Below the pieces are notes generated by a model that did no database searches, was not told the origin of the DNA, and saw only the letters and a list, made by a program, of their open reading frames with translations. Positions 27,970 through 36,781 of a DNA stretch of 64,000 nucleotides are shown here, piece after piece. The translations under genes and the position numbers were made by a program. The stretch is from Chloroflexota bacterium. GTDB lineage: Bacteria; Chloroflexota; Dehalococcoidia; Lucifugimonadales; UBA3495. The stretch is taken from NCBI GenBank assembly GCA_028874075.1, contig JAPPLU010000060.1:279281-343280 (forward strand), written 5' to 3'. The number at the start of each line of letters is the position of its first letter. Position 1 is the first letter of the stretch.

Positions 27970-30900
27970 TCAGGCGGTCAACTGCCGGTAGAGCATGGGC
28001 AACCTTTCCGGCAGCGCCCAGATGTCGCCCAGCACCTCGTAACCCATGTCGCCGCACATTTCCTGCAGGTAGTCGTGGCCCGCCTTGTCGACTGTCAGGC
28101 AGAAGGGAGTTATGTCCTTTCGCTTGGCTTCCAGCAAGGCCATGTGGGTGTCGTGGACCGCGTATTCTTTCTCCACGCCCTCCCGGCTGTAACCCCGGTC
28201 CTGGGGCCGGCCGTCGCTGATCAGGAACATTATCTTGGTCGGTGAGTCCTGATTTTCCAGCTTGGTAATGGCGTGGCGAATTGCGCTGCCCATACGGGTG
28301 GCGTGGAGCGGCGTGATCTTGTCGATGCGACGCTTAATTCGCTCGCTGAAGTTCTCCTCGATGTCCTTGATTACGTAGAACTCCACGTTCTCACGGCCAT
28401 AACCGGAGAACCCGTAGATACCGTAGTTATCTCCTATGGATTCCAGCGCATGGATGAGCAGCGCGGTGCTCTCCTTTTCCAGGTCGATTATGCGCTTGTA
28501 GTGGCGGCGCACCAACCCTTCCCGACGGCGGCGGAGCCATACCATGTATTCCACCGGGTCATCCGGCGCGTCCCGGTCATCCACCGTATGGCGGCCTTCG
28601 TCGATGGCCTCTGCGGTGGAAGCGCTCATGTCCAGCAGGAATACTACTGACACATCGCGTTCAATCTTGTTGCGGCGCCAGTAGATCTTCTCGTCGGGTG
28701 GCACCTTCATCCGGATATCCGCCGCAGCCTCCAGCGCAGCGTTCAGGTCAATATCCTCGCCGTCAACCATGCGGTAAATCTTCCGGAAGGTTTCGGGCAT
28801 GATCAACTCGAACTGCCGCTTGATGTGGCTGAGCAGAGTCGAGTAGTTCTTCAGAGAGTCGTTGTAAAAGTTGGAGTCGCCCTCATCCAGGGACTTTTCC
28901 TTTACCACGCACCAGCGGGGCTTATAATCGTTGGCCCGGAAGTCCCACTCGTCGTAGACGTAGGTCTTGGGCTCGCGGGCTTCCAGTTCGCCGCCCTGAT
29001 CGTCGTCGTGGAGGAGGGGACCGTAGCCCTGGCCGGGTTGGGAGTTGGGAGGAGGGACTCCGGCCTCTTTCATAATGTTCTGGGCGAAAGTACTGGTGCT
29101 GTTGTTAATGTCGCCCTGTTCCGCATCGAGCTCCAGCTCGGCACTGTCCTGCAGAAGCTGCTCCAGCATTTCCTGGGACAGAGGTTCGCCCTCGCCCTGC
29201 TGGTTCTGGTCCATTTGAAGCTTGGTCAGCAGCTGGACCATCTCGGGCTTGAAGTCGCCTCGGTAGTCAACCGGTTCCGGTGAATCGTAGGGGTCTCCCT
29301 CGCCCGCATCACCGGAAGAGTCCTGAGAAGCCTGCAGTTTGTCCAGCAAGGACTGGAACTCCTCCTCGGAGAACTCCCCGGGTTCTTCCATGTCTTCAGG
29401 TTCCCATTGGTCTTCCGGCTGGGTTTCATTTTCCAGGCGGGAAATAATCTCGTAGGCCCGGAGGGTTGCTTCGGCCGTGTCTTCCACGTTGGCGGAAACG
29501 CTGCGTAGCACGTAGAGGATTTGGGCCAGCATGGTAGCTTCTTCCCGGAAGTCGACAGGTATGGGCAGGTTGTTGAATTGGTCCAGGCTCATCCGAATAA
29601 GCAGCTCAACCAGCGCTTCCTGCAGAGGCAGGTCCTCTACCTCCGGTCGGCGGGACAGCGTATCCGATTGCACATCTATCGCAGTTCGGCGGATGCCGGG
29701 GTATTCCGCCTTTATGCGATAGTCCAGCCGGCAGTCCTCCAGAACTGTGAAAATGTCGAAGGCCAGCCGTCGGTTGTCGAACAGGCTCAGGAAACGGCCA
29801 ATGTCGGTATAAGCGCGCATCTGGCCGTCGGGTTCCATATCGCCCAGCAATACGTCGTCGCTAATCTGCTGGGCTCCCCGTTCACGTTCCAGGGCGTAGC
29901 GGCGCTCCTCCTCGAACTGCAGGGCCGGCTTGCTGAAGTCGTAGAAGAAACTGCCGAATTCCAGGTGGCCTACCTGGTGGGTGGCCACAACCTTAAACCA
30001 GGAAAAGTTTTGGCTCTTGTCCTGGTAGTGGTCAACGACGGGGGGGAGGAATACCTTGGTTCCGTCAGTGGACGCAGTGTCCTCGTCCACCCAACCGATG
30101 TTTCGACGCACCAGTTCCTGGGTATTCATAACCTCGATGGGAGAACCGGACAGGGCACGACAGTACAGGCGCACCACGCCCTTGACCCGGTCGAGCTCCA
30201 GGCTGGAGGAGAGTGTTTCCAGCAGTGACTCCGAGGTGTTGGATTCCACTTTGAAGAAGGCGATGCCGCTCTCCGGATTGTCCTTGAGTAGTTGGACGCC
30301 ATGGTGGAACCAGGTGTCCAACTGGTTCAGGGTGACCCGGTGCGTCACGCTATCCAGGCTCTTGAGGAAACAGGGGACCGCTTCCGGAGTTACGGCCAGC
30401 AGGCCCTCGCAAAGATCCAGAATGTGCGCCTGGGATCCGGTGGGAATCTGGCTTAGTGCATTGCTGCCGTCGGTCAGGAAGCGGGAGGTATCCCGAATGC
30501 CCACCTTGGTCAATCGTTCTCCCAGCTTCAGGAAACGGCTGGTCTGACCCTCGTCTACCTGCTGCAAAGCCTTGGGGGCCACCTCGAAACAACTCTTGAC
30601 CTCGCGCCAGTTGCCATCGGAAAGGGCGCGGCACATGGCCAGGAATGCCTCACGCTCACGGCCCATAGCCGGCAATACGTCCTTGCCAAGAGTGAGACAT
30701 TCCACTGCGATATCGTAGGACTTGTAGGACAGGGCCTCTACCAGCGATGCGAAGACCTCTACGTCCCAAAAGGGTAGGCTGCGAATCAGGTCGGGGCTGA
30801 CTTCGAAGAACCGGCTTGACAGGGTGCTGGACTTCCAGGTGCCCTTGTAGAGGCTGCGGCCCAGGCCCGCCCAGCGTGGTATGTACTGGGGCCGCAGGTT

Positions 30901-31230
30901 GGAGACTATGGAAGGGCTGGCCTTGAAGAAGGAAACGGCCAGGGCCGGTGAGTCCTGGGACAAATAGGTGCCACACCTCGCCCATTGCATGAACGAGGGA
31001 AAGGCCAGAGAGCGGGCTACCTTGGGGCAGACCCGGTAGTATTCTACTGCCGATTCCCAGGAGCGTACGGTCTGCCCGGCTATGGCAGAGCCTTCCTTGG
31101 CCCAAAGGAGGAGTTCTTCGGAAGAGAATGACGATTCCATTGCCTCAAGGGACTCACGATAGGCATCCAGAACCGCGGGGGGGAATTTACCCAATTCGGT
31201 TTCCAGTTCATCAAAGGGAGCGTTGCTCAA
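27970..31230 (-). CDS. Large vWA-domain protein, CbbO/NorD-like adaptor of CbbQ/NorQ-type AAA+ ATPases
   Basis: 1086 aa with a TTG start overlapping the Nudix stop (TTGA). It has N-terminal helical repeats, a central HQVGHLEFGS segment, an acidic linker and a C-terminal vWA with MIDAS DMSAS (28618..28632) and LISDGRPQD. Confidence 0.8.
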   Translation of the reverse strand: MSNAPFDELETELGKFPPAVLDAYRESLEAMESSFSSEELLLWAKEGSAIAGQTVRSWESAVEYYRVCPKVARSLAFPSFMQWARCGTYLSQDSPALAVSFFKASPSIVSNLRPQYIPRWAGLGRSLYKGTWKSSTLSSRFFEVSPDLIRSLPFWDVEVFASLVEALSYKSYDIAVECLTLGKDVLPAMGREREAFLAMCRALSDGNWREVKSCFEVAPKALQQVDEGQTSRFLKLGERLTKVGIRDTSRFLTDGSNALSQIPTGSQAHILDLCEGLLAVTPEAVPCFLKSLDSVTHRVTLNQLDTWFHHGVQLLKDNPESGIAFFKVESNTSESLLETLSSSLELDRVKGVVRLYCRALSGSPIEVMNTQELVRRNIGWVDEDTASTDGTKVFLPPVVDHYQDKSQNFSWFKVVATHQVGHLEFGSFFYDFSKPALQFEEERRYALERERGAQQISDDVLLGDMEPDGQMRAYTDIGRFLSLFDNRRLAFDIFTVLEDCRLDYRIKAEYPGIRRTAIDVQSDTLSRRPEVEDLPLQEALVELLIRMSLDQFNNLPIPVDFREEATMLAQILYVLRSVSANVEDTAEATLRAYEIISRLENETQPEDQWEPEDMEEPGEFSEEEFQSLLDKLQASQDSSGDAGEGDPYDSPEPVDYRGDFKPEMVQLLTKLQMDQNQQGEGEPLSQEMLEQLLQDSAELELDAEQGDINNSTSTFAQNIMKEAGVPPPNSQPGQGYGPLLHDDDQGGELEAREPKTYVYDEWDFRANDYKPRWCVVKEKSLDEGDSNFYNDSLKNYSTLLSHIKRQFELIMPETFRKIYRMVDGEDIDLNAALEAAADIRMKVPPDEKIYWRRNKIERDVSVVFLLDMSASTAEAIDEGRHTVDDRDAPDDPVEYMVWLRRRREGLVRRHYKRIIDLEKESTALLIHALESIGDNYGIYGFSGYGRENVEFYVIKDIEENFSERIKRRIDKITPLHATRMGSAIRHAITKLENQDSPTKIMFLISDGRPQDRGYSREGVEKEYAVHDTHMALLEAKRKDITPFCLTVDKAGHDYLQEMCGDMGYEVLGDIWALPERLPMLYRQLTA

Positions 31231-31820
31231 GACGTCAGCCCCTCCTTTTTCAAAGGCTCTTCCAATATTTCCAGGAATTGCTGCAGAATCTTGGCGGTGG
31301 CGCCGAAGACCACGTGCTCTTCGTGGACATAGGAATAGACCGTGGTTAGTCCTTCACCGTTCCAGCGCGTTTCCCAGCGGACGTTAGCGGGGTTGTAAAG
31401 GTTCAAGATGGGGACTTCCAAAACTTCGGCAATTTCCAGGTCGCTGGGCCGAAAGGGATAGGAATGGGGTATTTCGCCCACCAACACCCTGACCCCGAAC
31501 CCGCTCCGGGTTACGGCATCGTCCAGTTCCCCCAGGATGGTTACGTCCGATGGGTCGATACCCATTTCTTCGTGGGCTTCTCGGAGGGCAGTGGCCATAA
31601 AGTCGCCGTCTTCAGGGTCCCTGGCCCCGCCCGGGAAAGAAATTTCACCCTTATGATGCTCAACCAGTTCCGACCGCTTGTTGAGCAAGACGCAGCATTC
31701 CCCATCCTTGGGATACAAGGTGATCAAAACGGCAGCAGGCATCAGGCTTTCGTCGGTCAAGCTCCACTTGGACCGCCGTGCCAGTGCCTGCCTGACCAGG
31801 TCTGGGATGGATAAACCCAT
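31227..31820 (-). CDS. Nudix hydrolase, CoA diphosphatase type (NUDT7/PCD1/NudL pattern)
   Basis: 197 aa. LLNKRSELVEHHKGEISFPGGARDPEDGDFMATALREAHEEMGI combines the CoA-type upstream motif with the Nudix box. Confidence 0.8.
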   Translation of the reverse strand: MGLSIPDLVRQALARRSKWSLTDESLMPAAVLITLYPKDGECCVLLNKRSELVEHHKGEISFPGGARDPEDGDFMATALREAHEEMGIDPSDVTILGELDDAVTRSGFGVRVLVGEIPHSYPFRPSDLEIAEVLEVPILNLYNPANVRWETRWNGEGLTTVYSYVHEEHVVFGATAKILQQFLEILEEPLKKEGLTS

Positions 31821-31828
31821 CTAAACCT

Positions 31829-32749
31829 CTATTCGAAGATGGAAGAAACCACCTCTTCAACGCTGCGCTGCAGTTCGGCCTCATCGGTAAGGGTCCACAC
31901 AATGGCCACCTGGCAGGCGCGTCGGGGGGGAATGCCTTCCCTCATCAAGCGCCCGGCGTATATCAAGAGGCGGGTGCTGGCGCCCTCGGCAAGCCCGTGG
32001 TCGCGCAGATTGCGGACCTTTTCACCCAGCTTGGCCAGCGCGCTTGCTTGCTCTTCCGAGCAGCCGCTCTCTTTCTGGACAATCTCCGCCTCGATGTCGG
32101 CGGGAGGATAGTCGAACTCTACGGAAATGAAGCGCTGGCGAGTGCTGTGCTTCAGGTCCTTAAGGGCGCTCTGATAGTGAGGATTGTAGGAAATACAGAG
32201 CAGGAACCGGTCGTCGGCCTCAATGATCTGCCCCGTCTTTTCAACGGGCAAAATCCGGCGGTGGTCCGTCAGGGGGTGGATCAGCACCGTGGTGTCCTTA
32301 CGGGCTTCCACCACTTCGTCCAAATAGAGGATCGCGCCGGCTTTCACCGCACGGGTCATCGGTCCGTCGATCCATCGGGTTCCTTCTGAGTCCAGGAGGT
32401 ACCGTCCCACCAGGTCACTGGCGGTAAGGTCTTCGTGGCAGGCGATGGTAACCAGGGGTACGCGAACTTCGCCTTCCCGCAGATCCTGAGGGGGAAGTCC
32501 ACTATCCAAGGGGCGCACTACAGTCATCGGGCGCCCAAGTTTCCAAGCCATATATTCAACGAAACGGGTCTTTCCACAACCCGTGGGCCCTTTGAGCAGC
32601 ACGGGAATGTGCTGGTTATAGGCAGCCGTAAAGAGTTCCAGTTCATCGCCTACCGGGCGATAGTAGGGCTCACTGCGAACCAGAAATTCTTCAATAGCAT
32701 ACTCTTTGTATTGGGGTTCATTCTGTTCGGACTCAACCGCTTCTACCAT
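31829..32749 (-). CDS. CbbQ/NirQ/NorQ-family (MoxR-class) AAA+ ATPase
   Basis: 306 aa with Walker A GPTGCGKT (32568..32590) and Walker [26 protein letters not shown] is typical of CbbQ/NorQ. The start shares TAATG with the coaE stop. Confidence 0.85.
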   Translation of the reverse strand: MVEAVESEQNEPQYKEYAIEEFLVRSEPYYRPVGDELELFTAAYNQHIPVLLKGPTGCGKTRFVEYMAWKLGRPMTVVRPLDSGLPPQDLREGEVRVPLVTIACHEDLTASDLVGRYLLDSEGTRWIDGPMTRAVKAGAILYLDEVVEARKDTTVLIHPLTDHRRILPVEKTGQIIEADDRFLLCISYNPHYQSALKDLKHSTRQRFISVEFDYPPADIEAEIVQKESGCSEEQASALAKLGEKVRNLRDHGLAEGASTRLLIYAGRLMREGIPPRRACQVAIVWTLTDEAELQRSVEEVVSSIFE

Positions 32750-33360
32750 TATGTTCGTTCAATCCTTCCTTCTACTCTGCGTTTCCAAACTTCCCGGACC
32801 GCAGTTTCCAGGTCTTCCAGTTCGCCGTCGTTCGCTATTACCTCATCGGCACGGCGAGCCCGGTCCTCCGCTGGCATCTGTGAGGCAATTCGCTTACGAA
32901 TCTCCTCAGGAGCGAAACCGTTCCGCTGTTGCAGCCTTTCTACCACCCTTTCCGCCTGGGACTCGGTGGTCCATACTTCGCCAACCAGCGCGTCCCAACC
33001 GGCTTCAAACAGAACCGCCGCTTCAACCACGGCTACGTCGGTCCCTTGATTCGCCAGGCTCTCCAGTTTCTCCTTGACAATGGCGGCCATTCTGGGATGC
33101 ATTATCCCGTTCAAGGTCGCCAACTGCTCTGGATCTGCGAAGACAATGCCTCCCAGCTTCCGGCGGTCTATCTCACCGTTTTCCTGGAGAATGTCTTCTC
33201 CGAAAGTCCTGACCACTTCCTGCCAGGCTTCGGAATGGGGAGTGTAGGCCTCGTGCCCCACCTGGTCTGCGTTGATTACAGTTGCTCCCAGTTGCTCCAG
33301 CAGCCTGGACACTTCGGTTTTGCCGGTGCCGATTCCACCGGTCAGGCCAATGACTAACAT
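32749..33360 (-). CDS. coaE: Dephospho-CoA kinase
   Basis: 203 aa. [17 protein letters not shown]...INADQVGHE...[11 protein letters not shown] is typical of CoaE. Confidence 0.9.
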   Translation of the reverse strand: MLVIGLTGGIGTGKTEVSRLLEQLGATVINADQVGHEAYTPHSEAWQEVVRTFGEDILQENGEIDRRKLGGIVFADPEQLATLNGIMHPRMAAIVKEKLESLANQGTDVAVVEAAVLFEAGWDALVGEVWTTESQAERVVERLQQRNGFAPEEIRKRIASQMPAEDRARRADEVIANDGELEDLETAVREVWKRRVEGRIERT

Positions 33361-33609
33361 TCAGGCCCCATTCTTGAAAACACTCCGGCAATTCTAACAA
33401 GGGGGTTACTATGGGTCAACCTTGTCGGGTTGCATCAGAGAACGGGCGCCACGCCGGTTATACAATACGGAACCACAATTCTTGGCAAAGATATTGTGGA
33501 ACAGAGGAGATTGTTCCGAGTCTTACCAATGCTGAAGTCCCAGGTTAAGCTCTTGCTTTGCCCATGGACTGAATAAAGGTGATGGTCTATTCACACAAGG
33601 AATGAGGTG

Positions 33610-34278
33610 TCATATTTCGATTTTCATTTCTCCCCATCGATCGAGGTAGGCTTCCTGCAACTGCCGAAACTTTTCCCGGTAGTCGACAGTGTGGATGGGG
33701 CTAGTGGTCATTATGACGGCGTCTTCCCGATTATCCGAATAGTAGTTTTTCCTGATACCAACTTCCTTGAAGCCATATTTCTCGTAGAGCCTCTGCGCGA
33801 TGAAGTTGGAAACCCTGGCTTCCAGCGTCAGGACCGTTGACCCGTGTTCCAGGGCAACACGAACAGAACCTATCAAGAGCAGTTCGCCGATGCCGTTGCC
33901 GCGCAACTCCTCCCTGACGGCGATCTCGGTTATATGGGTCTCATTCCCCTGGAACCAGAGGCCGACGTAACCGGCAATATCTCGGTCCAGGGATTCGGCA
34001 GCAGGCTGCCGGCCGACCATTCCTCTGACACCCTTAACCATCCTGCCCCACAGGGATGCATCCGCCGCCCCTGCGGGTGTCTGGGTCAACTCAGCTGGAA
34101 CCTGTTCCGGTTCAGCGTCTGCGTCTTCCGGCTGGAAGGCAACCAGGTACCGGGCGTACTTGTTGTTGACATCGCGTTTGAGGGATGCACCCATAAACAG
34201 GGGCGCGAAAGCCTCACGCTCGATTTCGATCACCTGATCAATGTCGTCCGTCGTCATCCTGCGGATTTCTACGTCCAT
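33610..34278 (-). CDS. rimI: GNAT N-acetyltransferase, RimI-like, with a ~50-aa acidic/low-complexity insertion
   Basis: 222 aa with the acetyl-CoA motif LRGNGIGELLL. The insertion QPEDADAEPEQVPAELTQTPAGAADAS... lies between core strands. Confidence 0.7.
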   Translation of the reverse strand: MDVEIRRMTTDDIDQVIEIEREAFAPLFMGASLKRDVNNKYARYLVAFQPEDADAEPEQVPAELTQTPAGAADASLWGRMVKGVRGMVGRQPAAESLDRDIAGYVGLWFQGNETHITEIAVREELRGNGIGELLLIGSVRVALEHGSTVLTLEARVSNFIAQRLYEKYGFKEVGIRKNYYSDNREDAVIMTTSPIHTVDYREKFRQLQEAYLDRWGEMKIEI

Positions 34279-34484
34279 CGCTGCAACTAATCCTGACGCT
34301 AGAGTAGGCCACAGACCCTAAAATGGATTTGCCGAATTTTAGCATAGGGGCCGGTGATTGCAATTTAGGAGGGGTGCTTTGGGTTGGACCGAGGGCGCCG
34401 TGGCGGCAACCTTTATGGTCCGCATGCCAGTGCAAACAGAACTCGCCAATGCATGTCTTAGTTGCCCATTGCTGCAGGATTCGT

Positions 34485-35741
34485 TCAGGTTGAAATGGGG
34501 ATGGATACTTTGCCATAGACGCCGTCGTAACCTGGTTCAACCTGAATGTCGCCGGCTCTGACCTTGATAATTGCCGAGGCCAGGGCTTCACCACCGATGG
34601 CAGCGAGTTCTGATTCGGTCGCCCCGAGGAGAGCGCGCAGCTCTGAGCCTGCGGCGGAAACCACGTTGATGTAAATGCGCTGTACTCCCTTGGTGTTGGG
34701 ACCGCGCCCCAGTACGGCCGAGATTATGTCGACGAGCGGAACCATACGAACAAAGGGGGGGCGGCCTGCTTCGGACAGAACTGCGTTGGCAGGGAGGGAT
34801 GCGGCGCTGGCGTTCGAGAAGGTCTGGGGCCTTCCGGACTGCGCTTCGTCTCCTGCCGACTGCAGGTTGAGGGAGCGGTGGAGCACACCTAGAGTCAGAG
34901 GGCGCCCGCATTGGGGGCAGGCGTCTCCTTCGCGGATGCTGTGGTCTGGGTGCCAGCTGACACCGCACTTGCGGTGGCCGTCGAAGTGGTATTTGCCCTC
35001 TTCGGGGTACATCTCCACCGTGAACTCGACTCGATTATGGGTAAGGCCTTGTTGAAGCCCGAGAAAAGTGGGTTCGCCCTGGAATATGGTCAGCTCACGG
35101 CCAAGGCGGGGCAGGGAATGAGCGTCGGAGAAGGAAACGATGGCCTTGTCCTCCAGGTCCGGCACCTGCCAGTTCATCTGAGGGTCGCTGGAGAGGCCGG
35201 TCTCGATGGCGGGAACGTGGCCGACCATATCGCCAAAGGCATCGGAGAGGCTGTCGAAGCCGGACTTTGAACCGAAGATGCCGTACCAGGGTGTCCAGGC
35301 ATGGGCGGGCACGACGAGGCAATCCGGGTTAGTGTCCAGGGTCAGGTAGACTGCGTCCCTGGCGGAAAGGGAGAGAGTGGGCCTGCCGTCAGACTGGATA
35401 TTGCCATACCTGGCGTATTGTTCTGTCAAGGCTTCAGCGGTGGCAATGTCGGGGGCGTAGATGAGCAAGTGCACCCTGCGCCCTCGGCCGTCCTGCTTGA
35501 AGACGCAACTTACCTCGGTGCCCATCACGAAGTTGACGTCACTGTAGCGGTAGGCGCCATCGGGGCCTTCGTCGAGGCTGTCCTTCAGCCGCTGAAGCCA
35601 AAGGGGGTGGGTGAAGTCCGCAGTGGCGAGGAGGTCGATTCCCTTGAGCCGTGCGCAGGAAGCCAGGTTGTCCAGAGTCAGGGCGGAACTGGTTGCGTAA
35701 GCGTAGGAGGAGTGCAGATGAAGGTCGGCGACGAAGGACAT
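34485..35741 (-). CDS. Endonuclease Q (PHP-domain, deaminated-base DNA endonuclease)
   Basis: 418 aa. The N-terminus ADLHLHSSYAYATS is PHP-type, the Zn-finger segment is CPQCGRPLTLGVLHR, and the overall layout is colinear with archaeal EndoQ. Confidence 0.75.
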   Translation of the reverse strand: MSFVADLHLHSSYAYATSSALTLDNLASCARLKGIDLLATADFTHPLWLQRLKDSLDEGPDGAYRYSDVNFVMGTEVSCVFKQDGRGRRVHLLIYAPDIATAEALTEQYARYGNIQSDGRPTLSLSARDAVYLTLDTNPDCLVVPAHAWTPWYGIFGSKSGFDSLSDAFGDMVGHVPAIETGLSSDPQMNWQVPDLEDKAIVSFSDAHSLPRLGRELTIFQGEPTFLGLQQGLTHNRVEFTVEMYPEEGKYHFDGHRKCGVSWHPDHSIREGDACPQCGRPLTLGVLHRSLNLQSAGDEAQSGRPQTFSNASAASLPANAVLSEAGRPPFVRMVPLVDIISAVLGRGPNTKGVQRIYINVVSAAGSELRALLGATESELAAIGGEALASAIIKVRAGDIQVEPGYDGVYGKVSIPIST

Positions 35742-35792
35742 TCCTCAGTCTAGCACACCCCCGGCGCTGGAAGGCCCGGCATACGCCCTGCT

Positions 35793-36569
35793 CTATCGGT
35801 TGAGGGAGAGCAGGAGTTCGCCGGTCTCCTGCGGCGCCTGGAGAGGGGCCTGATGGCAGGCATCGAGGTGTAGAATATCGACGTTTGGTATCAGCCTCGC
35901 CATAGCAACCTGAAGGGTCGGAGTTAACAACCGGTCCTGGTCCAGGATAACGTAGCTGACCGGACAAGGCAGGTCGGAGAACTGCAGGTCGACTTGCGTC
36001 TTCATTAGCCTGGTGGGCAGGGGACCAAAATAGCCGACGGCCCGGTTGATTTCGCGGGGTTCCATGCCGTTGCAGAGATACTTAGTGATTACCGAAGGGG
36101 TAAGCCGGACGTCCCTGCCCAACATACTGTTCCAGCCGAACACGGGAGAGAAGCACTTGCGGACGGGCCCTGGAAAGCGGGAAAGAGGAGTCCTGTTCTT
36201 TTCCGGCACCACTCCGGCGATCATAGCCAGCCTCTTGGGGGGGTCGGGAAGCAGATTCGCTGCCTGGGCGGCAATCATACCGCCTACTCCGTGACCTACC
36301 AGGACCAGGTCTTTCATCCCCCTGCGCTCCACAGCCCGTGCGATGGCCTGGACGCACTCGTCTAGACGGACGTCCGCCGTATCGCCTTCCTCATCGTCGC
36401 CGTGGCCGGGAAGGTTGAGGATATAGAACTGGCTGGAGTAGCGGGGTGTGTAGAGCCTGGGAGGGTGCTCCGCCGGGGCGGTTACGCCACCCCAGACCTT
36501 GTTCCAGAACCAGGCTCCCTGGCCCGCGTCAGGCACTATCAGGTAATCGGTCATTCCAGTGTTATTCAC
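35793..36569 (-). CDS. Alpha/beta-hydrolase fold protein (SABP2/MES-like) lacking the nucleophile serine
   Basis: 258 aa. The nucleophile elbow reads LVLVGHGVGGMIA (G-H-G-V-G instead of G-H-S-x-G). The His region LDACHQAP is retained. Confidence 0.7.
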   Translation of the reverse strand: MNNTGMTDYLIVPDAGQGAWFWNKVWGGVTAPAEHPPRLYTPRYSSQFYILNLPGHGDDEEGDTADVRLDECVQAIARAVERRGMKDLVLVGHGVGGMIAAQAANLLPDPPKRLAMIAGVVPEKNRTPLSRFPGPVRKCFSPVFGWNSMLGRDVRLTPSVITKYLCNGMEPREINRAVGYFGPLPTRLMKTQVDLQFSDLPCPVSYVILDQDRLLTPTLQVAMARLIPNVDILHLDACHQAPLQAPQETGELLLSLNR

Positions 36570-36781
36570 TTCTGCGATGGGTTAGTGTCCAATCATGCTA
36601 CTGGGCAAATGCCAGCTAAATGATGGGTTATTTCTTTCTGAACAGCCCGGCGCTAGCGTTTAGAATCTCTCGCCTCGTCTGCCGTCCCGACCGATTTAAG
36701 GTTCCTGCCTGCGCGGGAACGACATCTTGGCCTCGAAGCTCAAATCCTTCATTCCGAAAACAACCGCCGACTCGTACCCTC

